NCBI GenBank assembly: GCA_017936045.1
Contig: JAGBGJ010000042.1
Span: 1 to 41,893, forward strand
Direction of reading: 5' to 3'
DNA: 41,893 bases
Origin: Clostridia bacterium
Lineage (GTDB): Bacteria > Bacillota > Clostridia > Oscillospirales > Acutalibacteraceae
A program made the position numbers and the translations under genes. The notes beneath the pieces were generated by a model that saw nothing but the letters and a program-made list of their open reading frames with translations, was not told the origin of the DNA and did not search any database. Position 1 is the stretch's first letter. The number at the start of each line of letters is the position of its first letter. Shown here in pieces: positions 28,793 through 35,797 of the stretch.

Positions 28793-29398
28793 ATGAAAAA
28801 ACTGTTATGCTTAGTTTTAGCCCTTAGTATGCTTTGTCTTTGGGGCTGCGGAACATCTAAAAATGATGCCTCCTCCCAAAATCAAGAAATAAGCGAGGTT
28901 CAAAAAGCCGCCGAAAGCGGAAAACTCAGCGTATCCAAGTTCGGTCTGGGCGCTTCACCCAAAGAGGTTAAGGAGCATTATAAAAAGCTTTCCGATGATT
29001 ACAAGGCTGCCCATAAAGAGGAAACCGAGGAAGACCACATCCACAGCGATGAAAAAATTCCTTTTTACGATTTAGATTTAAAGGGTAAATACACCGAAAT
29101 AGATGTGGCCGACTGTCGCTTTTATTATGAAAATAAAAATGAGGATAAGGGCATTGTGGCAATTGCAACCGATGCCGATGTTTTAGGCTTTAAGGTTGGT
29201 ATCACAACCAAGCAAGAGGTTGAAAGCAGTGTTGGCAAAAAGGGAGAAACCTTTAATGCCACCAAAGATGAAGAAATCTTCCTTGCAGTTTCTATTGAAG
29301 GCCTTATGATTTTCCGTGTTGAATACACCGATACTCTGCTAGACTTCTATTTTTACGATAACACCCTTGTTAATACGGTGCTTAAATCAACAAAATAA
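28793..29398 (+). CDS. Hypothetical lipoprotein
   Basis: MKKLLCLVLALSMLCLWGCGTSK has a signal peptide with a lipobox-like LWGC. I recognise no domain. Confidence 0.7.
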   Translation: MKKLLCLVLALSMLCLWGCGTSKNDASSQNQEISEVQKAAESGKLSVSKFGLGASPKEVKEHYKKLSDDYKAAHKEETEEDHIHSDEKIPFYDLDLKGKYTEIDVADCRFYYENKNEDKGIVAIATDADVLGFKVGITTKQEVESSVGKKGETFNATKDEEIFLAVSIEGLMIFRVEYTDTLLDFYFYDNTLVNTVLKSTK

Positions 29399-29432
29399 CA
29401 AAAAACCGTTTCCTTTTGGGAAACGGTTTTTC
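29399..29432. terminator. Bidirectional intrinsic terminator
   Basis: The sequence reads AAAAA CCGTTTCC tttt(g) GGAAACGG TTTTT. Confidence 0.85.
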
Positions 29433-29434
29433 AT

Positions 29435-29641
29435 TTAAAAAGCATCTTCGCGTGTTTTTCTTTCTTCCTGCCTTTTGGCTCTTTTAGCGGTTGGCGGCAA
29501 ACCCTGTGCAATGTGGGGAAAGGGGTTGTCGGTATCGGCTGTAGGCTGAATTTCATAGGTGCCGTACTTGTTCACAAGGTCAAAAGAAGTATCGGGGTGT
29601 TTAGAATAATCGTTTGAAGATGGTGTTTTTTTGTCCTTCAT
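29435..29641 (-). CDS. Small hypothetical hydrophilic protein (68 aa)
   Basis: GGAGGGA lies 7 nt before ATG 29641, giving MKDKKTPSSNDYSKHPDTSFDLVNKYGTYEIQPTADTDNPFPHIAQGLPPTAKRAKRQEERKTREDAF. The SD lies within the upstream terminator arm. I recognise no family. Confidence 0.5.
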   Translation of the reverse strand: MKDKKTPSSNDYSKHPDTSFDLVNKYGTYEIQPTADTDNPFPHIAQGLPPTAKRAKRQEERKTREDAF

Positions 29642-29675
29642 AAAAAATCCCTCCGCCATTATTTTGGGCAGAGGG
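29642..29675 (-). terminator. Intrinsic terminator-like hairpin after the asparaginase gene; its 3' arm carries the SD of the small ORF
   Basis: The minus strand reads CCCTCTGCC, a 9-nt loop, GGCGGAGGG (one mismatch), then ATTTTTT followed directly by the ATG at 29641. Confidence 0.6.
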
Positions 29676-29687
29676 TTTAGTTTTATG

Positions 29688-30632
29688 CTAAAACAAATTT
29701 TTCAAATTTTTATTTTGGCTAATAGCAAACCAAAGCTTCATATAAACATAAGCAAAGGTGGTAAAGGGCAGGGGAATAATGCCAATACTGCTAAGCTCCT
29801 TTGCGGTATCATAGGTTGTGCCCATAGGTGCATTTGCCAAAAATACGGGAATATCCTGCTTTTGGCAGTTTTCCAAAAACCTTATAAATAAAGGATTTTG
29901 GTTGTTAACCGTTCCAGAATGATACGGCCTTAAAATAACAGCATTGTACCTGCTTACATTATATGCAAAATCATCTCCGGGCATGGTGCTTATAACAAGA
30001 ATTTTCGGGTTTTCGCAAAGCGGTACAGGGTTAATGTCAGCGCCCTTTTGGGGCTCTTCAAAACGCTCTATTTTGCCGCCACAGTAGGTGGCAAATGGCT
30101 TGCCGTTCAGGCTGAAAATACTGTCATCGGTTTCGTTAAAGGCAAGGGCATTTTCTGCCTTGTGAATAAAATGCTGTCCGTCGGGGTTTTTGTAAGAAAT
30201 ATAAACCCCAAACCTAACGCCGCTTTCAATAAGCGCCACAGCACCCTCAAAATTGGCATTCCCGTTAGAGCGGGTATCATTAAGCGGATAATTTGCCGAA
30301 ACAAAAACTATCGGAATATCGGCGCCCGAAAAAGCGCACTTAACAGCGGCCGCTGTGAAATGAAGCGAATCGGTTCCGTGGGTGATAATAATTCCATCGT
30401 AGTCCCTGTTTACGGCATCAGCCACACACTCGGTAAGCAAATTAAGATTTTTAGCACCTGAATTTTCACTAAGCAGATAATATGGCTCTGCGGTAACAAA
30501 TTCGGTGCTGTTACCATATTTTTCTTTATATGTTTTAATAAGGGTGTATTTGGCCGATTTATCGGTAGAAATCCAACCATCCTGAACGGTGCTGCCAATG
30601 GTGCCGCCTGTAAAAACAACAAGAATTTTCAA
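29688..30632 (-). CDS. ansA: L-asparaginase (type I / AnsA-like)
   Basis: KILVVFTGGTIGS contains the catalytic Thr motif, and ITHGTDSL is present. I place the start at TTG 30632 because GAGGTGA lies 5-6 nt upstream. The 25-codon extension in the track (to 30707) runs through a terminator hairpin and a promoter. Confidence 0.8.
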   Translation of the reverse strand: MKILVVFTGGTIGSTVQDGWISTDKSAKYTLIKTYKEKYGNSTEFVTAEPYYLLSENSGAKNLNLLTECVADAVNRDYDGIIITHGTDSLHFTAAAVKCAFSGADIPIVFVSANYPLNDTRSNGNANFEGAVALIESGVRFGVYISYKNPDGQHFIHKAENALAFNETDDSIFSLNGKPFATYCGGKIERFEEPQKGADINPVPLCENPKILVISTMPGDDFAYNVSRYNAVILRPYHSGTVNNQNPLFIRFLENCQKQDIPVFLANAPMGTTYDTAKELSSIGIIPLPFTTFAYVYMKLWFAISQNKNLKNLF

Positions 30633-30653
30633 AGTTTTCACCTCACAAAAAAT

Positions 30654-30682
30654 ATTATACCCCCAAAAGGGGAGCATTGCAA
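30654..30682 (-). promoter_or_regulatory. sigma-A type promoter of the asparaginase gene
   Basis: The minus strand reads TTGCAA, a 17-nt spacer (TGCTCCCCTTTTGGGGG), then TATAAT. The -35 abuts the T-tract of the preceding terminator. Confidence 0.6.
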
Positions 30683-30716
30683 TAAGAAAAGCCGACCTTT
30701 TTTGCAAGGTCGGCTT
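30683..30716 (-). terminator. Intrinsic terminator ending the candidate RNA
   Basis: The minus strand reads AAGCCGACCTT gcaaaa AAGGTCGGCTT followed by TTCTTATT. Confidence 0.8.
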
Positions 30717-30950
30717 GATAATTTAAGTCATTGGACTAAATCCTTTCAGTTATTTGGTTTAAAAATCAAACTAACTAAACTTTCGGACTCACACCTTTAA
30801 ATTTATTTTTGGTCGGAATAAAAACTTAATTGTACTTTGGACTCACGCCTTTCTATTAGATTTCGGGGTACCTTTTCGGTTCTGTTTCCCTTCTCATCGG
30901 GTATCAGTCCTTTCCTTTCCAAGATTTTTTTAAGTTCTTATCTTTTGCAT
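30683..30950 (-). ncRNA. Candidate ~265-nt non-coding RNA (or long cis-leader) of unknown family, built from three diverged ~52-nt tandem units
   Basis: The region is bracketed by a near-consensus promoter (30955-30983) and a strong terminator (30683-30716). It contains no ORF with a credible start. The core AAAGG(C/T)GTGAGTCC(A/G)AAG recurs at 30835-30853 and 30780-30799, and a degenerate copy GAAAGGATTTAGTCCAATGAC lies at 30728-30748. Several local hairpins are present. Confidence 0.4.
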
Positions 30951-30954
30951 CTTT

Positions 30955-30983
30955 AATATACCATACATTTTCACAAATGTCAA
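30955..30983 (-). promoter_or_regulatory. sigma-A type promoter driving the candidate RNA
   Basis: The minus strand reads TTGACA, a 17-nt spacer, then TATATT with an extended -10 (TGgTATATT). Confidence 0.6.
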
Positions 30984-31030
30984 GCAAAAAGTTAATAATT
31001 TTTGTGAAAAATAAATAATTTTTAAAACTA

Positions 31031-31059
31031 TTGACTACGATTTTTAACTATGGTATAAT
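31031..31059 (+). promoter_or_regulatory. sigma-A type promoter of the GNAT gene (divergent from the RNA promoter)
   Basis: The sequence is TTGACT, a 17-nt spacer, then TATAAT with an extended TGg. This shows the track start at 31031 is promoter sequence, not coding sequence. Confidence 0.65.
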
Positions 31060-31078
31060 AAAAAATGGACGTGGTAAA

Positions 31079-31624
31079 ATGTTTCAGGTACAAAACAATC
31101 AGCAAATAACAGCAATTTATAATGAATATATGGTCTTCGATTTTCCCGGTGATGAGTTAAAACCCTTAGCCCACATCCTCTCTATGGTGGAAGATGGCAC
31201 ATGCACCTTCTATGCCTTGCGGCAGTGTGACAAGGTGCTTTCTTATTTTTCGGTTTGCCAGAACGGTCAGGGGCTGCTGGTAGATTACCTGGCCGTAAAC
31301 CCAAAACTTCGCGGGCAGGGAATAGGTAGCCAAACCCTTGATTTTTTAAAAAGCATTGCCAAAGATAAATACATAATCATTGAATGTGAAGATGTAGAAG
31401 TTGCGCAGGCCGAGGCCGAAAAAATTCAAAGGCAAAGAAGAATTAATTTCTACACCAGGGCGGGCTTTACCCTTACCGGGGTAAACTCCAACCTCTTTGG
31501 CGTGGATTACACAATTCTAACCTATCCAACGGGTATTACTCCCAGGCGGGTTAAAGAGCTTTACAGCGCAGTATACCTCAGAATGCTGGGCGAAAGTATG
31601 TTTAACAGATTTATGAAAATATAG
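31079..31624 (+). CDS. GNAT-family N-acetyltransferase
   Basis: The acetyl-CoA motif A is LAVNPKLRGQGIGSQTLDFL. The start is ATG 31079, downstream of the promoter. Confidence 0.8.
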   Translation: MFQVQNNQQITAIYNEYMVFDFPGDELKPLAHILSMVEDGTCTFYALRQCDKVLSYFSVCQNGQGLLVDYLAVNPKLRGQGIGSQTLDFLKSIAKDKYIIIECEDVEVAQAEAEKIQRQRRINFYTRAGFTLTGVNSNLFGVDYTILTYPTGITPRRVKELYSAVYLRMLGESMFNRFMKI

Positions 31625-31628
31625 CAAT

Positions 31629-31660
31629 AAAAAAAGTCTCCTGTCGGAGACTTTTTTTAT
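31629..31660. terminator. Bidirectional intrinsic terminator
   Basis: The sequence reads AAAAAA AGTCTCC tgtc GGAGACT TTTTTTT. Confidence 0.85.
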
Positions 31661-33415
31661 TTATTTTTCAATGTTGTATTTCATATTGAAGTAATCAAAA
31701 TAGTGTCTGTATTCTTCTTTGTTTCCTTCTTTTACAGCGCGCAGATATTCGTGAATTGCCAAATCCTTGTGGGCAAGTTCCAGCATACAGCCCGCAATGT
31801 TAGAGCAGTGGTCGGAAACACGCTCAAGGTTTGTAAGCAGGTCGGTTAAAACAAAACCAAGCTCAATGGTGCATTCGCCCTTTTGAAGTCTTGCAATATG
31901 GCGGCTCTTAATAGAATCCTTAAGATTATCAACAACCTGCTCTAAGGGTTCAACCTGAATGGCACTGTCAAGATTTTTGTTAATAAAGGAATCATAGGCC
32001 AAATTAACAATTTCTTTTACAGCGTTAATCATAACCGAAAGCTCTCTCTTGGCATCGCCCGAGAACTGAAGCTTCTTCTCACTTATTTCTTCCGCCGACT
32101 GTAAAACGTTAACTGCGTGGTCGGAAATTCTTTCGAAGTCATTAATTATATGAAGCAGTCTTGTAGCTTCAACACTGTCTTCAACGCTGAGCTCAAGGGA
32201 AGAAACCTTTACAAGGTAGGAGCCAAGCCTGTCCTCATACTTGTCAACCTTGTCCTCACCCTTAATAACCGCCGCATATACATTTTCGTTGTAATCATCA
32301 AGAAGAGAAAATGACTTGCTTATTGTATCAACCGAAATTTCAGCCATGGTTTCTGCAACCGACTTGCAACGGTCAACTGCAACAGCAGGTGTTGCAAATA
32401 AACGCTCGTCCAACATTTCATAACGCTCTTTTTCATCTGTATCACGAACGGTGATACAGGCGAGCTTTTCAAGATAACGTGTGAAGGGGAACCAAAGTAC
32501 GGTACAAACAATGTTAAATGCCGAATGTACAATCGCAATCCAGAAGCCATCAATTGCAATGCCGTCAAGGAAATAAAGGTCAAATACAGATTTTGCAATT
32601 GTAAAGGCAACAAGTAAAACAACAGTGCCTATAACGTTGAAATAGAGGTGAACAAAAGCGGTGCGCTTTGCATTCTTGTTAGCACCAATACAGGAAATAA
32701 GCGCAGTAGCGCAGGTACCGATGTTTTGACCCATAATAATGGGAACTGCGGCACCAAAGGAAATAGCGCCTGTTGAAGATAAGGCCTGCAAAATACCAAC
32801 CGATGCCGAGGAAGACTGAATAACAGCAGTAAGCACAGCACCTGCAATAACACCTAAAATGGGGTTGGTAAATAGGGTTAATATGTTTGCAAATTCGGGT
32901 ACATCCTTAAGTCCCGCAACAGCATCAGACATAGCCTGCATACCGGTCATAAGGGTTGCAAAGCCCAAAAGAATTACACCGGTATCCTTTTTCTTATTGG
33001 ATTTGAGGAATATAAAGAATATAACGCCGATAAGCGCTAATATCGGAACGAATGAGGATGGCTTGAATAACTGAATATACCAAGCATCACCCGAAACACC
33101 CGTAAGGCTTAAAATCCAGGCGGTAATGGTTGTACCTATGTTTGCGCCCATAATAATTGAAATTGCTTGGCGCAGCTTCATAATACCCGAGTTAACAAAG
33201 CCCACAACCATTACTGTTGTTGCCGAGGATGATTGTATAACGCAGGTTACAAGCATACCAAGTAAAAAGCCCTTAAGTGTGTTATCGGTCATTTTTTCTA
33301 AAACCTTTTTCAGTTGGCCACCGGCTTTTTTCTCAAGCGCGTTTCCCATAAGCTGCATACCAAAAAGGAAAAGCGCCAAACCGCCAATGAGGGCCAACAC
33401 ATCAAATAAATTCAT
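31661..33415 (-). CDS. Na+/phosphate cotransporter family protein with C-terminal PhoU-like domains
   Basis: The N-terminus LIGGLALFLFGMQLMGNALEK is typical of NptA/YjbB-type Na/Pi cotransporters. The C-terminal half has paired PhoU-like helices (ERISDHAVN, ERVSDHCSN). Confidence 0.9.
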   Translation of the reverse strand: MNLFDVLALIGGLALFLFGMQLMGNALEKKAGGQLKKVLEKMTDNTLKGFLLGMLVTCVIQSSSATTVMVVGFVNSGIMKLRQAISIIMGANIGTTITAWILSLTGVSGDAWYIQLFKPSSFVPILALIGVIFFIFLKSNKKKDTGVILLGFATLMTGMQAMSDAVAGLKDVPEFANILTLFTNPILGVIAGAVLTAVIQSSSASVGILQALSSTGAISFGAAVPIIMGQNIGTCATALISCIGANKNAKRTAFVHLYFNVIGTVVLLVAFTIAKSVFDLYFLDGIAIDGFWIAIVHSAFNIVCTVLWFPFTRYLEKLACITVRDTDEKERYEMLDERLFATPAVAVDRCKSVAETMAEISVDTISKSFSLLDDYNENVYAAVIKGEDKVDKYEDRLGSYLVKVSSLELSVEDSVEATRLLHIINDFERISDHAVNVLQSAEEISEKKLQFSGDAKRELSVMINAVKEIVNLAYDSFINKNLDSAIQVEPLEQVVDNLKDSIKSRHIARLQKGECTIELGFVLTDLLTNLERVSDHCSNIAGCMLELAHKDLAIHEYLRAVKEGNKEEYRHYFDYFNMKYNIEK

Positions 33416-33520
33416 ATATATGCCTCGCTTTCGCTAAGAATAATAGATTGCCAAATTTTACAAGTTTATTCTATCATACAAAAAATTCAAATAAAAGGGG
33501 AGTTTTGTAAAAGGTATGTT

Positions 33521-33562
33521 AAATATTAAAAGCCGTTTCTTCAAATAGTAAGAAGAAACGGC
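33521..33562 (-). terminator. Intrinsic terminator after the histidine kinase gene
   Basis: The minus strand reads GCCGTTTCTTC, a 9-nt loop, GAAGAAACGGC, then TTTTAATATTT. Coordinates are +/-1. Confidence 0.75.
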
Positions 33563-33567
33563 TGTAA

Positions 33568-34887
33568 TCAGTCTTTAAATATAACAGAAATAACAGTGCC
33601 TTTGTCAACAATACTCTCCACATTAAGAGTGGCACCGTGGTATTCCGCCGCGTGTTTAACAATAGAAAGGCCAAGACCTGTGCCGCCAACCTCGCGTGAA
33701 TGACTTTTGTCAACACGATAAAAACGCTCGAATATTCTACCCGTATATTCCGGCGGGATACCTATTCCCGTGTCCGATACCCGAATTAGCTTTTTGCCCT
33801 CCTGCAAAACTATCTCAATTTTAACCTTGCCGCCTTCTTTATTATATTTTATGGCGTTATCGGTTAAATTATAAATCATTTCGCTTAGAACCGAACGGTT
33901 GCCTAAAACAGTAACAGGCTTGGCTGCAACAGTAATTTCAATATCACGCTCTGCAGCTGCAATAGAAAGTCTTTGTCTAGTTTCTTCTGCAAGGTCGGCT
34001 AAATTAACCTCTTCCTTGCTGTCGGGAATATTAGCTTCATCAAGACGGGATAGCTTGATTATATCGTTAATAAGGTTTAAAAGGCGTGTGGACTCATCAT
34101 GAATGTTTTTTGCAAACTTGGGAATGTCGGCCACTGCAATCATTCCGCTCATAAACATTTCGGATATCCCCGAAATTGTGGTAAGCGGAGTTTTAAGCTC
34201 GTGGGATACATTTGAAGTAAACTCTCGGCGCATTTCTTCACGCTTTTCCTTTTCGGTAATATCAAGCATAACAATCACTGCGCCGTTCACCTGATTTTCA
34301 ATCATTACGGGGTTTGCGAATATCTGGTACACCTGCGAGCCAAGTGTAATATTAACCTCCCCGTGATTGCCCTCAAAAGCATCGTTAACGGCAGCTACAA
34401 ATCTTCTGCTTCGGCTAAGTGATATGAAATGCTCGCCCTCTTTTACATTTTCCGAACCGAGTATGCGTAAAGCCGCGCTGTTATAGGAAAGAATTTCTGA
34501 TTTATTGTCTAAAATCACTATACCCTCAGCCATATTTTCGGTAATGGCGTTAAACTCTACCTGCCTGCGCCTGAGGTCAATCATTTGCTGGTCTATAAGT
34601 CGGTTTTGGCGCCCGATTTTTCTTATAAGATTATCTATTTCAAAATAACTTTTATCAATCCTTGGGCTTTCCAGGTCAAGCTCATCTATAGGCTTCACAA
34701 TTTTTTTGCTAAAAGCATTGGCAAGCAAGGGCACGGCAATAATTGCAAGCAGCAGCGAGGCGGCGGCAATTATTATTGAAACAGTTTCACTTACATTAAA
34801 CACAGTTAAGGTCAGCATAGGAATAAATGCAAAAAGGAAAGCAATAAAAGCGGTAAGCACTATAAAAAAGTAAATTTTCTTTTTCAA
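33568..34887 (-). CDS. Sensor histidine kinase, PhoR-like (TM, PAS, HisKA, HATPase)
   Basis: The H-box is SHELKTPLTTISG, with N and G boxes (NAIKYN, DTGIGI, GGTGLGLSIVKH). The TTG start overlaps the regulator's stop (TTGA), with GGAGGAG upstream. Confidence 0.9.
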   Translation of the reverse strand: MKKKIYFFIVLTAFIAFLFAFIPMLTLTVFNVSETVSIIIAAASLLLAIIAVPLLANAFSKKIVKPIDELDLESPRIDKSYFEIDNLIRKIGRQNRLIDQQMIDLRRRQVEFNAITENMAEGIVILDNKSEILSYNSAALRILGSENVKEGEHFISLSRSRRFVAAVNDAFEGNHGEVNITLGSQVYQIFANPVMIENQVNGAVIVMLDITEKEKREEMRREFTSNVSHELKTPLTTISGISEMFMSGMIAVADIPKFAKNIHDESTRLLNLINDIIKLSRLDEANIPDSKEEVNLADLAEETRQRLSIAAAERDIEITVAAKPVTVLGNRSVLSEMIYNLTDNAIKYNKEGGKVKIEIVLQEGKKLIRVSDTGIGIPPEYTGRIFERFYRVDKSHSREVGGTGLGLSIVKHAAEYHGATLNVESIVDKGTVISVIFKD

Positions 34888-35561
34888 GCTTCTTCTCCTC
34901 CTATTTTATATCCCATTCCTCTTACCGTTTCAATAAGCGAGCCGCTTTCTCCAAGTTTTGCACGAAGTGTTCTTATATGAACATCAACAGTCCTGCTTTC
35001 TCCATCAAATTCAAAGCCCCACACCCTGCGCAAAATATCATCACGGGTAAAAACCGTGCCTTTGTCCGAAATTAGCAAATAAAGAAGCTCGAATTCTTTA
35101 AAGGTAAGGGCAATATCTTCCCCGTTAACCTTAACAGTATGCTTCGAGGGGTTAACTGAAAGCGAGCCAACATTATATTCGTTAGTGTCTCTTTTGGGGT
35201 CGGCGCGGCGAAGCAAGGCCTTTATGCGAGCCATAAGCTCAAGCATACTAAACGGCTTGGTTATGTAATCATCCGCACCCGAATCAAAACCAATCACCTT
35301 ATCGTATTCCGTGCCTTTAGCGGTAAGAAGAATAACGGGAAGATTTTTGGTGAAGCTGTTGTGGCGGAGCTTGCTTAAAACTTTAAGTCCATCCTCTTCG
35401 GGTAACATAAGGTCAAGTAACAAAAGCTGCGGAATTTCCTTGTCTAAGGCTTTCCAAAATTCCGAAGGCTTTTCAAAACCCTTTGTTGCAAGCCCTGAAT
35501 TATTAAGGGCGTACCCCACAAAATTTCTGATATTAGCATCATCTTCCAAAAGGTATATCAT
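34884..35561 (-). CDS. OmpR-family response regulator, PhoP/PhoB-like
   Basis: The start is ATG 35561, giving MIYLLEDD. The receiver domain has DLMLP and TAKG, and a winged-helix C-terminus is present (TVDVHIRTLRAKL..TVRGMGYK). Confidence 0.9.
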   Translation of the reverse strand: MIYLLEDDANIRNFVGYALNNSGLATKGFEKPSEFWKALDKEIPQLLLLDLMLPEEDGLKVLSKLRHNSFTKNLPVILLTAKGTEYDKVIGFDSGADDYITKPFSMLELMARIKALLRRADPKRDTNEYNVGSLSVNPSKHTVKVNGEDIALTFKEFELLYLLISDKGTVFTRDDILRRVWGFEFDGESRTVDVHIRTLRAKLGESGSLIETVRGMGYKIGGEEA

Positions 35562-35592
35562 AAGCCTCTCCTTGAAAAGTATGGATACTATC

Positions 35593-35621
35593 ATTATATT
35601 GTATTTTTTTTGCATCTTCAA
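35593..35621 (-). promoter_or_regulatory. sigma-A type promoter of the two-component operon
   Basis: The minus strand reads TTGAAG, a 17-nt spacer, then TATAAT. Confidence 0.55.
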
Positions 35622-35717
35622 GGGAATTTGAGTCTCTTTGTAAAAAATATAGTTTTGGTATAAATATTCTAATAAAATTTTGTTTAAAATAATCTATAGA
35701 AAATTTTAATAATTTTA

Positions 35718-35746
35718 TTTACAAAAGCATTATTTTTTGATATAAT
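35718..35746 (+). promoter_or_regulatory. sigma-A type promoter of the CofE-like gene
   Basis: The sequence is TTTACA, a 17-nt spacer, then TATAAT with an extended TGa. A 5' hairpin TTGCCGT..ACGGCAA at 35761-35781 precedes the AAGGAG RBS. Confidence 0.6.
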
Positions 35747-35797
35747 CATACAGTAATTTTTTGCCGTACCCAAAACGGCAACAAGGAGTGTTGAAAT

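Noticed and set aside
30633-30707. The 25-codon N-terminal extension of the asparaginase ORF (MQKRSAFLIAMLPFWGYNIFCEVKT), considered as a signal peptide.
   Set aside because: The extension is encoded by the terminator 3' arm, a TTGCAA-17-TATAAT promoter and the SD itself. The conserved asparaginase N-terminus (KILVVFTGGTIGS) starts right after a TTG with a well-spaced GAGGTGA.
30728-30853. The three repeated GAGTCC-core motifs considered as a mini-CRISPR array or a type III toxin-antitoxin (ToxI-like) repeat RNA.
   Set aside because: The repeats are imperfect, the third copy is strongly diverged, and the conserved core is only ~19 nt within ~52-nt units. There are no cas genes. The gene after the terminator is an asparaginase, not a ToxN/AbiE-like endoribonuclease. 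The promoter-repeats-terminator-gene layout resembles type III TA only superficially.
30683-30950. The asparaginase-upstream RNA considered as a T-box, RNase P RNA, SRP RNA, 6S RNA or glycine riboswitch.
   Set aside because: CCGATGAGAAGGG resembles a T-box stem I K-turn start, but there is no AAnnnGGGTGGTACCGCG T-box sequence before the terminator and no specifier or antiterminator arrangement. GAGTCC/ACAGAACC only vaguely echo RNase P CR-I/CR-V, they are in the wrong order, and the RNA is too short. There is no SRP GGAAGCAGC motif, no 6S-type end-to-end pairing and no glycine-riboswitch core.
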